Below, one piece after another: positions 28,144 through 36,450 of a stretch of DNA of 64,000 nucleotides (positions are counted from its first letter, which is position 1; each line of letters starts with the position of its first letter). Origin of the DNA: Desulfocapsaceae bacterium (GTDB lineage Bacteria; Desulfobacterota; Desulfobulbia; Desulfobulbales; Desulfocapsaceae); assembly GCA_030653035.1 (NCBI GenBank), contig JAUSAB010000023.1:4282-68281 (forward strand), in the 5' to 3' direction. The notes below the pieces were generated by a model. It saw nothing but the letters and a program-made list of their open reading frames with translations, did no database searches and was not told where the DNA came from. The position numbers and the translations under genes are program-made.

Positions 28144-31100
28144 ATGGATATACCAAGATTCACAGACGAAAATATTGCCCCAGAACGAAAAAAATCCCGC
28201 GCCGGCGATGGCTTCCAGGAGTTCGTCGCCGCTCTGCTTGTTAGAGAATTTGAAGACCTCACACTGTTCCCTATCGGAGGCAAGGACGGGGCCATCGACC
28301 ACACCATCCATTTTGCCGACGGAAAAGGAGTTGTCGAATGCAAAGATATCCAAGGCGGCTATGATCACGCCCTCAAGGCTTGGTTGGCAGTTGCCGATAA
28401 ACTCCGCCGCAATATCACGCCTGTCGACGGCCCTCCAACAGGACAAGGCCAATACCGCCCCTGGTACAACACCAAATCACCGATAAACACCTACCTTTTC
28501 TGCACCAGTTCCGAAATCGGCAATGAAGGGCAGCACCAGAACCTGGAAAGGGAAATCCAAGAGTTCTTTGCGGAAATATCTTGCAATTGTATTCACTTAT
28601 GCCATCTGTCCACAATTCAGGTAGAAGTCCTGCCCTGGAACCGGCTCCAAGCCAAAGTTCAAAAAAATGCCGATCTTGCTTTCAAGTGGTTCCCAGCCTG
28701 TCGTCCCACCGGTCTCAGCCCCCTAAAATCCTCCACGGATGCCCGCCTCAACTTCCGCAGCTACCTGGAACATCATCAGCTACCATTTTACAGTGTTGAG
28801 ATGTTTGTTGCGTCAGGCTTTTTGAGTCAAGACAATGCGCTGCCCGAGGTGTCCCACCTCTTCAGCCATTTGACAGGGGAAGGTGGCAATGGCCTGATTA
28901 TCACCGGCAAGGGAGGAATTGGCAAAACAAGACTGGTGCTTGAGATCGGTCGCCATGCAGAGCAAGAAGGTTGGTTGGTGCTGCAGGCCGGCAAACGATT
29001 CGAGGCCGCCTCTATCGACAGCCTTTGCCAGCGCATCACGACTACCCAGCCCATACTTATCCTGTTCGACTACGTGGAGGCTCAAAAGGGATTTTCCGAA
29101 AGCATTGACACCATCAACAATTACAACGAGGAATATGGTTACCGTATCCGCTATGTTGCCAACTGCCGAACTAATTTTTACAGCACCATTCGTGACATGG
29201 AGGGCCACAGGGAGGTCAACCTGAGTCCTGGCGGAATAAACGCCGGATTTTTCTTAACATACCGAGAGGCCATCGTACGTCACATCCTGGAGCATTGCGG
29301 ACTGGATGCACCCGAAGAGTATATTGCCCTATGTCGCGATCTCCCCATCTTGGCGGTTTTTATCAGCTTTCTCCGCCAAAATGGCCGGATGGCGGAACTG
29401 GCGGAATTGCGCCACGAAGAGAGTTTCGTGCCCTGGCTCAACAAACGCCTCACAGCAAGTCTCTCTAGCCTCTACCCGAACAACCCCGACGGCATGCGAC
29501 GGGATCTGCACCGGCTCCTGGTGCAATATCCCCTGTCGGAAAGGGGCCTGGAGCTGTTGGGCGATCAGGAGGAGCACCTGTATAGCCTGCACGTCGGACT
29601 TGCCAACGATGGCTGGGTTCTTGTCGATGACAGTGATTCATGGGTAAGCGCCCACGACATCTTCGTCGATCAGATTCTTGGTGATTTTTTCCAGCATTCC
29701 CAGTCCGCCCAACCAGAGATCAAGCAGGCACTAAATCTTTCCCGACGCCTCGCCAATATCAGATCCGCCCTGATCAGCTACCAGCGTATTTCCGAGGAAC
29801 TGGAATCGCTCCCCTGGAAGGACATGATCACCGAACAGATTGATAGCCATGGGGAAGAGTGGCTCCAGGTCCGCAGTATATTGCTGACCACACCCCTGCT
29901 GCGTCCCCAACAAGCGCTGGAATTGCTGGATGGTCGGCCCGAATTCTGGGAGGGGTTCGAGTGTCAGATTAGCACCCAAAATGCCCTTGGCTTTCTTGCC
30001 AGGCGCCAGGTCAGAGGGGAGTTGCGGCTCCCGTCACCTCTTCTCGACACCCTCTTGGTGTGGTTGACCAAGGCAGCGACCTGTCCGGGTCGAAGTAATT
30101 TCTTCCTCAACTGGGCACTGCGTCTATCCCCTACCAAATTCCAGGATGTCGTGCGTGATTGGATACAGGCCCAGCCACGGTTATTCCAAAGCCATTACCT
30201 CATGGTTGCTTGGCTGGAGGCTAAACTCCCGGCCATGGAGATCGTGGCGGCGGTAAAAAACTGGTGCAGCGCTTTCCCCAGTGATAGTCATCTGACCTTT
30301 TTGGCAAAGGCATGGCTGGATAACGGTGCGTCTTTGCAAGAGGCCAGGGATCAAATTTTGGCTTGGTTGCAAGCTGGCAATAACTGTACCGTGCTCGAAG
30401 CACAATTTGTCTACTCAAGCTGGCTCAATGCGGGCGGGGGAATCGAAGAGATCAAAGAGTTTATCCTGCAGTGGCTGCAAGCCGGCAATAACTGTACCGT
30501 GCTCGCAGTCAGCTTTATCTACAAAAGCTGGCTCGATGCGGGCGGGGGAATCAAAGAGGTCCAAGAGTTCATCCGGCAGTGGCTGCAAGCCGGAAATAAC
30601 TGTACCGCGCTCGAAGCACAATTTGTCTACAAAAGCTGGCTCGATGCGGGCGGTGGAATCGAAGAGGTCAAAGATTTCATCCTGCAGTGTCTGCAAGCCG
30701 GAAATAACTGTACTGCGCTCGAAGCACAATTTGTCTACAAAAGCTGGCTCGATGCGGGCGGTGGAATCGAAGAGGTCAAAGAGTTCATCCGGCAGTGGCT
30801 GCAATCCGGCAATAACTGTACCGCGCTCGAAGCACAATTTGTCTACACAAGCTGGCTCGATGCGGGCGGGGGAATCGAAGAGGTCAAAGAGTTCATCCTG
30901 AAGTGGCTGCAAGCTTGCAATAACTGTACCTCGCTCGATGCCAGATTTGTCTACAAAAGCTGGCTTGATGCGGGTGGGGGAATCGAAGAGGTCAAAGAGT
31001 TCATCCGGCAGTGGCTGCAATACCTCGACAATGCTGAACAAGAGAATGTCGATTTTCTCCTTCGAAGCTGGATGAAAGCGCATGGCGATTTTTCCTTGGT

Positions 31101-31743
31101 TCAGGAATCTGCCTGCCGGTGGCTGACAGCCAATAAAGAGAAATACGATGCGGTATATATCACCAAATACTTAGCAAGGGTTCGAGATTTGCCCGTTGCC
31201 ACCGCTAAGGACATCTTGAGCTGGTGTCGTTCCTTTTGCGGGAACGAAGACGCCATTTCCCGCTTGGCTAATTTGGGGCTAAACCTTCAACACGACGCTA
31301 TCATGGAGGAAGCCATGGAGACCTGGGCGCTTGTCCTGCCCCATGTCCTGCACCGGACAACCCTTATAGAGTGGCTGCAGAATCACGTTACCAACATCTT
31401 TATTAATCTGCGCTACAACCCCGGCCTGAGACGGGGTCAGAACACAGAAAAGCTGGTGACTCTATTCGCGTTATGGGTCCGGGACACGCGTTCCTTTGCG
31501 CAACTTCGGGTGTACCCAAACAATACTTCCCAACAAACCAAGGCCATCTTTCAAATGTTAGTGGATGGCCTTGCCCAGGGCCAGCTTGACGGAAAACGTG
31601 ATAAGGAAGGCATTCGGAACTTTCTCGTCTGGATCAATTCCTGGCGACCGGAAAGAAAAGAAAAAATCAAAGCCGCGTTTAATGTTCTCATTAACACTCC
31701 GGAACTCAAAGAATTATTTTATTGTATAGAGTTTAATAGCTAA
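28144..31743 (+). CDS. STAND-class P-loop NTPase with N-terminal Mrr-like PD-(D/E)xK nuclease motif and C-terminal 36-aa helical repeat array (Avs/bacterial-NLR-like candidate defence protein)
   Basis: N-terminus GFQEFVAALL...GGKDGAIDH...VVECK (D48/D52...E65-x-K67 by my count). Walker A ITGKGGIGKT (28906-28929) and Walker B ILILFDYVE (from 29053). The C-terminal ~450 aa shows a periodic WLxxG.N...FVYxSWLxAGGxxExVxxF pattern. Confidence 0.8.
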   Translation: MDIPRFTDENIAPERKKSRAGDGFQEFVAALLVREFEDLTLFPIGGKDGAIDHTIHFADGKGVVECKDIQGGYDHALKAWLAVADKLRRNITPVDGPPTGQGQYRPWYNTKSPINTYLFCTSSEIGNEGQHQNLEREIQEFFAEISCNCIHLCHLSTIQVEVLPWNRLQAKVQKNADLAFKWFPACRPTGLSPLKSSTDARLNFRSYLEHHQLPFYSVEMFVASGFLSQDNALPEVSHLFSHLTGEGGNGLIITGKGGIGKTRLVLEIGRHAEQEGWLVLQAGKRFEAASIDSLCQRITTTQPILILFDYVEAQKGFSESIDTINNYNEEYGYRIRYVANCRTNFYSTIRDMEGHREVNLSPGGINAGFFLTYREAIVRHILEHCGLDAPEEYIALCRDLPILAVFISFLRQNGRMAELAELRHEESFVPWLNKRLTASLSSLYPNNPDGMRRDLHRLLVQYPLSERGLELLGDQEEHLYSLHVGLANDGWVLVDDSDSWVSAHDIFVDQILGDFFQHSQSAQPEIKQALNLSRRLANIRSALISYQRISEELESLPWKDMITEQIDSHGEEWLQVRSILLTTPLLRPQQALELLDGRPEFWEGFECQISTQNALGFLARRQVRGELRLPSPLLDTLLVWLTKAATCPGRSNFFLNWALRLSPTKFQDVVRDWIQAQPRLFQSHYLMVAWLEAKLPAMEIVAAVKNWCSAFPSDSHLTFLAKAWLDNGASLQEARDQILAWLQAGNNCTVLEAQFVYSSWLNAGGGIEEIKEFILQWLQAGNNCTVLAVSFIYKSWLDAGGGIKEVQEFIRQWLQAGNNCTALEAQFVYKSWLDAGGGIEEVKDFILQCLQAGNNCTALEAQFVYKSWLDAGGGIEEVKEFIRQWLQSGNNCTALEAQFVYTSWLDAGGGIEEVKEFILKWLQACNNCTSLDARFVYKSWLDAGGGIEEVKEFIRQWLQYLDNAEQENVDFLLRSWMKAHGDFSLVQESACRWLTANKEKYDAVYITKYLARVRDLPVATAKDILSWCRSFCGNEDAISRLANLGLNLQHDAIMEEAMETWALVLPHVLHRTTLIEWLQNHVTNIFINLRYNPGLRRGQNTEKLVTLFALWVRDTRSFAQLRVYPNNTSQQTKAIFQMLVDGLAQGQLDGKRDKEGIRNFLVWINSWRPERKEKIKAAFNVLINTPELKELFYCIEFNS
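30355..31002 (+). repeat. Six in-frame tandem copies of a 108-bp (36-aa) unit inside the STAND gene
   Basis: Units start at 30355, 30463, 30571, 30679, 30787 and 30895. They are near-identical at the DNA level (ILxWLQAGNNCTxLEAQFVYxSWLDAGGGIEEVKEF). More degenerate units flank them on both sides (~30140-31250). Confidence 0.9.
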
Positions 31744-31866
31744 TAGCCATTCTCAGCAAACACAAGGAAATATGAAAGGAATATGAAAGCCGTGGAATAT
31801 GCATTCTATAAGCCACGTTCATTGGCCGTCGCTGGTTACCCTTAGCATTAGCGGCTTTGCACCACC

Positions 31867-31900
31867 TTGACAAAACGTACGTATTGCCGTACGGTAACAT
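31867..31900 (+). promoter_or_regulatory. Putative yefM-yoeB promoter/operator
   Basis: TTGACA at 31867-31872, then two CGTACG palindromic hexamers (31876-31881 and 31888-31893) 12 bp centre-to-centre. This mirrors the paired-palindrome operators of YefM/YoeB loci. AAGGAG SD lies at 31906-31911. Confidence 0.4.
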
Positions 31901-31917
31901 CAATCAAGGAGAACATC

Positions 31918-32160
31918 ATGCACACACTCACGGCAAGCCAAGCACGCTCAAACCTCTACCGCATCATTGACGAAGCGGCCACAAACCATGAACCGGTAGT
32001 CATCACCGGCAAACGAAATAATGCCGTGCTTATCTCGGCTGAAGATTGGGCATCGATTCAAGAAACCATGTACTTGCTGTCCGTGCCGGGTATGCGCGAG
32101 TCCATTAGGGAAGGGTTGCAGACTCCAGTTGACGAATGTGCCAAGGAACTGGACTGGTGA
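31918..32160 (+). CDS. yefM: Phd/YefM-family antitoxin
   Basis: MHTLTASQARSNLYRIIDEAATNHEPVVITGKRNNAVLISAEDWASIQETMYLLS is a typical YefM sequence. There is a strong SD 6 nt upstream of ATG 31918. Confidence 0.85.
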   Translation: MHTLTASQARSNLYRIIDEAATNHEPVVITGKRNNAVLISAEDWASIQETMYLLSVPGMRESIREGLQTPVDECAKELDW

Positions 32161-32420
32161 CTTGGGAATTGGTTTATACAAAACACGCCCAGAAAGATGC
32201 TCAGAAATTATCTTCAGCAGGTCTGAAAGAAAAAACACAGGCACTTTTGATGGTTCTGCGTGAAAATCCATTTCAAAATCTACCACCTTATCAAAAATTG
32301 GTTGGTAATTTGTCCGGCGCTTATTCACGGCGGATCAACATTCAGCACAGGTTGGTTTATCAAGTTTTAGAAGATCATAATGTCGTTAAAGTGCTGAGAA
32401 TATGGTCCCATTACGAATAG
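32157..32420 (+). CDS. yoeB: YoeB/Txe-family mRNA interferase toxin
   Basis: WELVYTKHAQKDAQKL...NPFQNLPPYQKLVGNLSGAYSRRINIQHRLVYQV...VKVLRIWSHYE. The GTG start overlaps the antitoxin stop (GTGA). Confidence 0.85.
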   Translation: MTWELVYTKHAQKDAQKLSSAGLKEKTQALLMVLRENPFQNLPPYQKLVGNLSGAYSRRINIQHRLVYQVLEDHNVVKVLRIWSHYE

Positions 32421-32525
32421 CGCCGCTAACCGTTTGACATGGCCATGACAAAAAAAGGACCCTCGGCCTTCATGTGCAGGAAAACGAACCCAGAACCCTT
32501 TCTCCTAACCCCGATGAACGGGATA

Positions 32526-32586
32526 AGTGCCTTTCGCAGATTATTTTCTTGCAAAAAAAAAACAAGAAAATAATCTGTAAGGCACT
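32526..32586. repeat. 61-nt long hairpin/palindrome
   Basis: AGTGCCTT-tcg-CAGATTATTTTCTTG-c(a)10-CAAGAAAATAATCTG-t-AAGGCACT. Arms of 15 bp perfect plus 8 bp perfect, with an A10 loop. Confidence 0.7.
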
Positions 32587-32603
32587 AAAGAGTCCTTGCA
32601 GCC

Positions 32604-33008
32604 ATGAACGCCACCAACATCCTTTATGTCATTATCACCATTGTTATTGCTGACTATTTCCTGGAAAGGGGGCTCAGCTTTCTCAACTGCCGGAGTATCG
32701 CCACGCAGCTGCCTGATGAGGTGAAGGGGATTTACAGCGAGGAGAAGTATCAACAGTCCCAGGAGTACAAGAGGGCAAACTGCCGGTTTGAGCTGGTCAC
32801 CGCCATCCTGCAGGTTGTGCTCCTCCTGGCCCTGCTCATGGGTGGCGGCTTTGCCTTTATCGACGGGCTTGTCCGGGGCATGGTGCAGGCGGAGTTGCTG
32901 GTCTCTCTGCTCTTCTTTGCCCTGCTTTTTTGGTATGTCTCCCGAGAGCGGTTCAAGCTCTGGTCAACGCGAAGGCCGATCTTACTTACCAGCGCGCTCC
33001 GGGCATGA
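32604..33008 (+). pseudogene. Truncated N-terminal fragment of an M48/Ste24-type metallopeptidase
   Basis: The first ~105 aa (TM helix, LPDEVKGIYSEEKYQQSQEYKRANCRFELV, TM helices) look like the Peptidase_M48_N region. No HExxH catalytic domain follows, and the frame ends after an unrelated tail. Confidence 0.45.
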
Positions 33009-33362
33009 CGATTCTGACAGAGGCGGGAGCGTGTCCGAAGGCTGAAAAGATCCTGTGGGCTGCCGGTGCTCACCGAGATGAAGAAAGTGGCAAAGTCGGG
33101 GCGTACTGTACCTGGCCAGCAGGGATAAGTTGTAACTGTTTGACAATGAAACGGTTCATGGTAAAGTATGCAAACGAAATCCCATCTGGGTAGCAGTGTT
33201 TTTAAAGAATTCACGAATGATTGGTTTTTCGCCTCGTCCGCTTTCACACCAAGGCATTGTTGGGCCGTACGAATTAGATCTGGGTGCTGACATTCTGGTG
33301 TGGAATATATAACTGCCCAATTAAGCCGTTAATTTGTTGATCGTCAAAGAGAAGGAACAATC

Positions 33363-34721
33363 ATGGGAATAGCAAAAAATAACCCGACAGACTGGACAAA
33401 GTCGAGCTGGCATAATTTTACTGCCCTGCAGCAGCCCAAATGGCCGGATATGGATGTACATGATAAGGTTTTGGCCAATCTTACTCGTCTGCCGCCTCTG
33501 GTCTTTGCTGGTGAAATCCGCGACTTAAAGGCGATGCTGGCCAAGGCCGTGGTTGGAGATGCCTTTCTCCTCCAGGGTGGTGATTGTTCGGAAGACTTTT
33601 CCCAGGTGACGGCCCCTAGGATTCGGGAGACCCTGAAGGTGCTTCTGCAGATGGCTGTTATTCTTACCTATGCCGGTGGTAAACCGGTAATCAAGCTGGG
33701 CCGCATTGCCGGTCAGTTTGCTAAGCCGCGTTCGGCTGATACCGAGATGGTGAATGGGGTCGAGCTTTCCTCCTATCGGGGCGATATGGTCAACAGCCCT
33801 GAGCCTATTGCCGCTGCCCGTATCCCTGACCCCAACCGGATGTTGCAGGGATATAATATGGCTGCCTCTACCTTGAATCTGTTGCGGGCCTATACCCGCG
33901 GCGGATTTGCCGCCCTGCACCGGGTCCATGCATGGAACCAGGAATTTGTGGTGCAGTCGCCTATGGGGAGATCCTATGAGCGTCTGGCCAAGCATATCAG
34001 TCAGGCCATCCAGTTTATGGAGACCATTGGTATTCCCACTGATATTCCGCAGATCAAGGAAGCCAATTTTTTTACCTCACATGAGGCCCTGCTCCTTGGC
34101 TATGAAGAAGCCTTGACCCGTGAGGATTCCACCAGCGGCGGCTGGTACGACTGCTCTGCCCATATGGTGTGGATCGGGGAGCGGACCCGGCAGCTGGATG
34201 GCGCCCATGTTGAGTTTTTGCGCGGGGTCTTGAATCCCATTGGAGTGAAGATCGGGCCTGATTATGATCTTGACAACGTGAAGCGGCTGATCGAGACCCT
34301 GAATCCTGAGAACGAGGCGGGCCGGCTTACCTTGATTACCCGTTTGGGGATGAAGAAGATTGAAAAAGTCCTACCGCCGCTACTGCGTGAGGTGAAAAAA
34401 GAAGGGTATAATATCGTGTGGAGCTGCGACCCGATGCACGCCAACACCTATACCGCCGAGTCCGGCCACAAGACCAGAAATTTCAACGATATTCTCTCCG
34501 AGATCACCTGTTTTTTCGAGACTCACTGGGCTGAGGGCACCATCCCCGGCGGTATCCATCTGGAGATGACAGGCGACAATGTGACCGAGTGTACCGGCGG
34601 TGCCCGCAACATCATTGACGCCGAACTTTCCAACAATTACCTGACCACCTGTGATCCCCGTCTGAACGCGGAACAGAGTCTGGAGGTTGCCTTCCAGATT
34701 GCCGAGATGATCAGAAGCTGA
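33363..34721 (+). CDS. Class II 3-deoxy-7-phosphoheptulonate (DAHP) synthase
   Basis: 452 aa. W..SSW......QQP.WPD start, then LLQGGDCSE.F, GRIAGQFAKPRS, and WIGERTRQLDGAHVEF..G..NPIGVK motifs characteristic of plant-type class II DAHPS. Confidence 0.9.
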   Translation: MGIAKNNPTDWTKSSWHNFTALQQPKWPDMDVHDKVLANLTRLPPLVFAGEIRDLKAMLAKAVVGDAFLLQGGDCSEDFSQVTAPRIRETLKVLLQMAVILTYAGGKPVIKLGRIAGQFAKPRSADTEMVNGVELSSYRGDMVNSPEPIAAARIPDPNRMLQGYNMAASTLNLLRAYTRGGFAALHRVHAWNQEFVVQSPMGRSYERLAKHISQAIQFMETIGIPTDIPQIKEANFFTSHEALLLGYEEALTREDSTSGGWYDCSAHMVWIGERTRQLDGAHVEFLRGVLNPIGVKIGPDYDLDNVKRLIETLNPENEAGRLTLITRLGMKKIEKVLPPLLREVKKEGYNIVWSCDPMHANTYTAESGHKTRNFNDILSEITCFFETHWAEGTIPGGIHLEMTGDNVTECTGGARNIIDAELSNNYLTTCDPRLNAEQSLEVAFQIAEMIRS

Positions 34722-34744
34722 GCACAATAACCTATCTTTGCAAC

Positions 34745-34786
34745 AAAAAAACCGTCAGAGCAGAATCCTGACGGTTTTTTTGTTTT
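34745..34786 (+). terminator. Rho-independent terminator after the DAHP synthase gene
   Basis: A-run, stem ACCGTCAG / CTGACGGT (34751-34758 and 34768-34775), then TTTTTTTGTTTTT. Confidence 0.8.
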
Positions 34787-34942
34787 TGGGGATAAGTTAG
34801 AATTTATCTGGTTTCAGGATAAGGTTTTGGGCAGGAGAGTATTGAGATCATTATCCAGTTTGTTGTGATTTGTGTGTTCCTCACCATTGAGAATGGTACA
34901 TGGTGAACGGGGTGTTTTACAAGAGTTAAATATGGTATTGTA

Positions 34943-34973
34943 TTATCGCTGTTATCGCTGTTATCGCTGTTAT
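34943..34973. repeat. 9-bp tandem repeat TTATCGCTG x3.4
   Basis: Read directly from the sequence. It lies in the 380-bp intergenic region upstream of the PAS kinase gene. Confidence 0.8.
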
Positions 34974-35099
34974 TGGTGATGTTGAAGATGGTGAAACAAT
35001 CGGCTCTGCAAAAAAATTTTAACCTTCGTTCCCGTGCCTGTAATAATATAAATTATCGTTGCTGAGTTAGCTGAAAATTTTTTGTAAAAGTATTGGAAT

Positions 35100-36377
35100 A
35101 TGGGGATAAATCAGGAACAGGACCATTCTTTACTCGTTCAGGAGCTGGAAAGTGCCCGTGAAGCGCTTGTCCAGTTACGCTACCAGCATGAAATGATGCT
35201 GCGTTGGGTGGAAGGAGCTGTGTTGACAGTGGATCGTGAGGGGAAAATCACGAATGCAAACCCTGTTGCCCAGAGAGCTCTGGGCTGGACACTTGAAGAA
35301 TTGCTTGGCCGGGAATGCCACAGCACCATTCAGCATACTCTGGAAGACGGCAGTGAGTATCCATTGGAATTCAGTCCGATGTTTGCTGCGCTGGAAGATG
35401 GGTCTACTCATCATGTGGATGGTGATATCTTTTGGTGCAAAGACAAGACTAATTTTTCTGTGGATTACATCGTTTGTGCCAATCGTAACGAAAAAAATGA
35501 GATTGTGGGGGCAATTCTCACTTTTCGTAATCTCACAGAGATGCGTCTTGAGGAGGTCAAGCGTATCCATGGAATGAAGCTTGAGGCCATTGGCCAGCTT
35601 TCTGCCGGCATTGCCCATGAAATCAATACTCCCATGCAGTTTATCGGCACGAATTTCTCGTTTCTCTCTGAGAGCTTTGATGATATGCTGCGACTCCTGA
35701 GTCGTTATCGGGAGTTCAAAAAATTGGTTGCGGATTTGACAATCTGCAATGATCTTTGCCAAGAACTTGCGGATCTTGAAGATCAGATCGATGTGGAGTT
35801 TTTAAGTGAAGAGATACCAAAGGCTTTTACCCAAACCCAGAGTGGTATTGAGCGGGTGACGGAGATGATTCAGGGGCTGAAAGGGTTTGCCCATTCAGAT
35901 CACACGGACCATAAGCGCGAGGGTGACATCAATGAAATTATCCGTAATACCCTTGTGGTCAGTCGTAATGAATATAAGGATGTTGCTGAAATAGAAACCG
36001 AACTTGCCGTACTTCCCTTCATTAAGGTCCATTCCGGTGATATTGGGCAGGTCATTCTTAACCTTGTTGTCAATGCCGCCCATGCCATTGCGGATCGGAA
36101 AAAGGAGGAAGAAGGCCTGTCGGGTCGCATCAAGATATCGAGTAAACTGGAGGGGGAGGAAATCATTATTGCTGTGGAGGATAATGGAAAAGGAATTCCT
36201 AAGGAGTTCCAGAACAGGGTCTTCGATCCTTTTTTTACGACAAAAGAGGTGGGACAGGGATCAGGGCAGGGGCTTTCCATTTCCCGCAATATAATCCATG
36301 ATAAACATGGAGGGCGGCTGCATTTTGAAACAACATCCGGCAAGGGGACAACCTTTTTTATTCACTTGGTTCGGTGA
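35100..36377 (+). CDS. Cytoplasmic PAS-domain sensor histidine kinase
   Basis: PAS (VLTVDREGKITNANPVAQRALGW), H-box SAGIAHEINTPMQFI, N box NLVVNAAHAI, G boxes EDNGKGIP and GQGSGQGLSIS. No TM segments. Confidence 0.85.
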   Translation: MGINQEQDHSLLVQELESAREALVQLRYQHEMMLRWVEGAVLTVDREGKITNANPVAQRALGWTLEELLGRECHSTIQHTLEDGSEYPLEFSPMFAALEDGSTHHVDGDIFWCKDKTNFSVDYIVCANRNEKNEIVGAILTFRNLTEMRLEEVKRIHGMKLEAIGQLSAGIAHEINTPMQFIGTNFSFLSESFDDMLRLLSRYREFKKLVADLTICNDLCQELADLEDQIDVEFLSEEIPKAFTQTQSGIERVTEMIQGLKGFAHSDHTDHKREGDINEIIRNTLVVSRNEYKDVAEIETELAVLPFIKVHSGDIGQVILNLVVNAAHAIADRKKEEEGLSGRIKISSKLEGEEIIIAVEDNGKGIPKEFQNRVFDPFFTTKEVGQGSGQGLSISRNIIHDKHGGRLHFETTSGKGTTFFIHLVR

Positions 36378-36450
36378 GTTTTTTCGTCTGTCCTCTTTTT
36401 GTCCTGATTAAACTGCCTCCTGCCGGGTATTTCTCAAAATTCACTCTCTA

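Noticed and set aside
30326-31083. A 191-aa plus-strand ORF in another frame (30326-30901) and a 222-aa minus-strand ORF (30415-31083), both with striking internal repeats.
   Set aside because: Both lie entirely within the 108-bp tandem repeat array of the STAND gene. Their periodicity is a by-product of that array. They lack start context and have low-complexity, Ser/Lys- or Asp/Phe-rich translations.
32930-33193. An 87-aa ORF with an ankyrin-like stretch (ALVNAKADLTYQRAPGMTILTEAG).
   Set aside because: It amounts to a single partial repeat followed by a Cys/Trp-rich tail, with no SD, in a region of evident gene decay. It is treated as debris rather than a gene and mentioned only as a possible remnant.
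34943-34973. A short tandem repeat, considered as a possible CRISPR array or regulatory iteron.
   Set aside because: The 9-bp units are directly adjacent with no spacers and there are only ~3.4 copies, so it is not a CRISPR array. It is recorded only as a simple tandem repeat.
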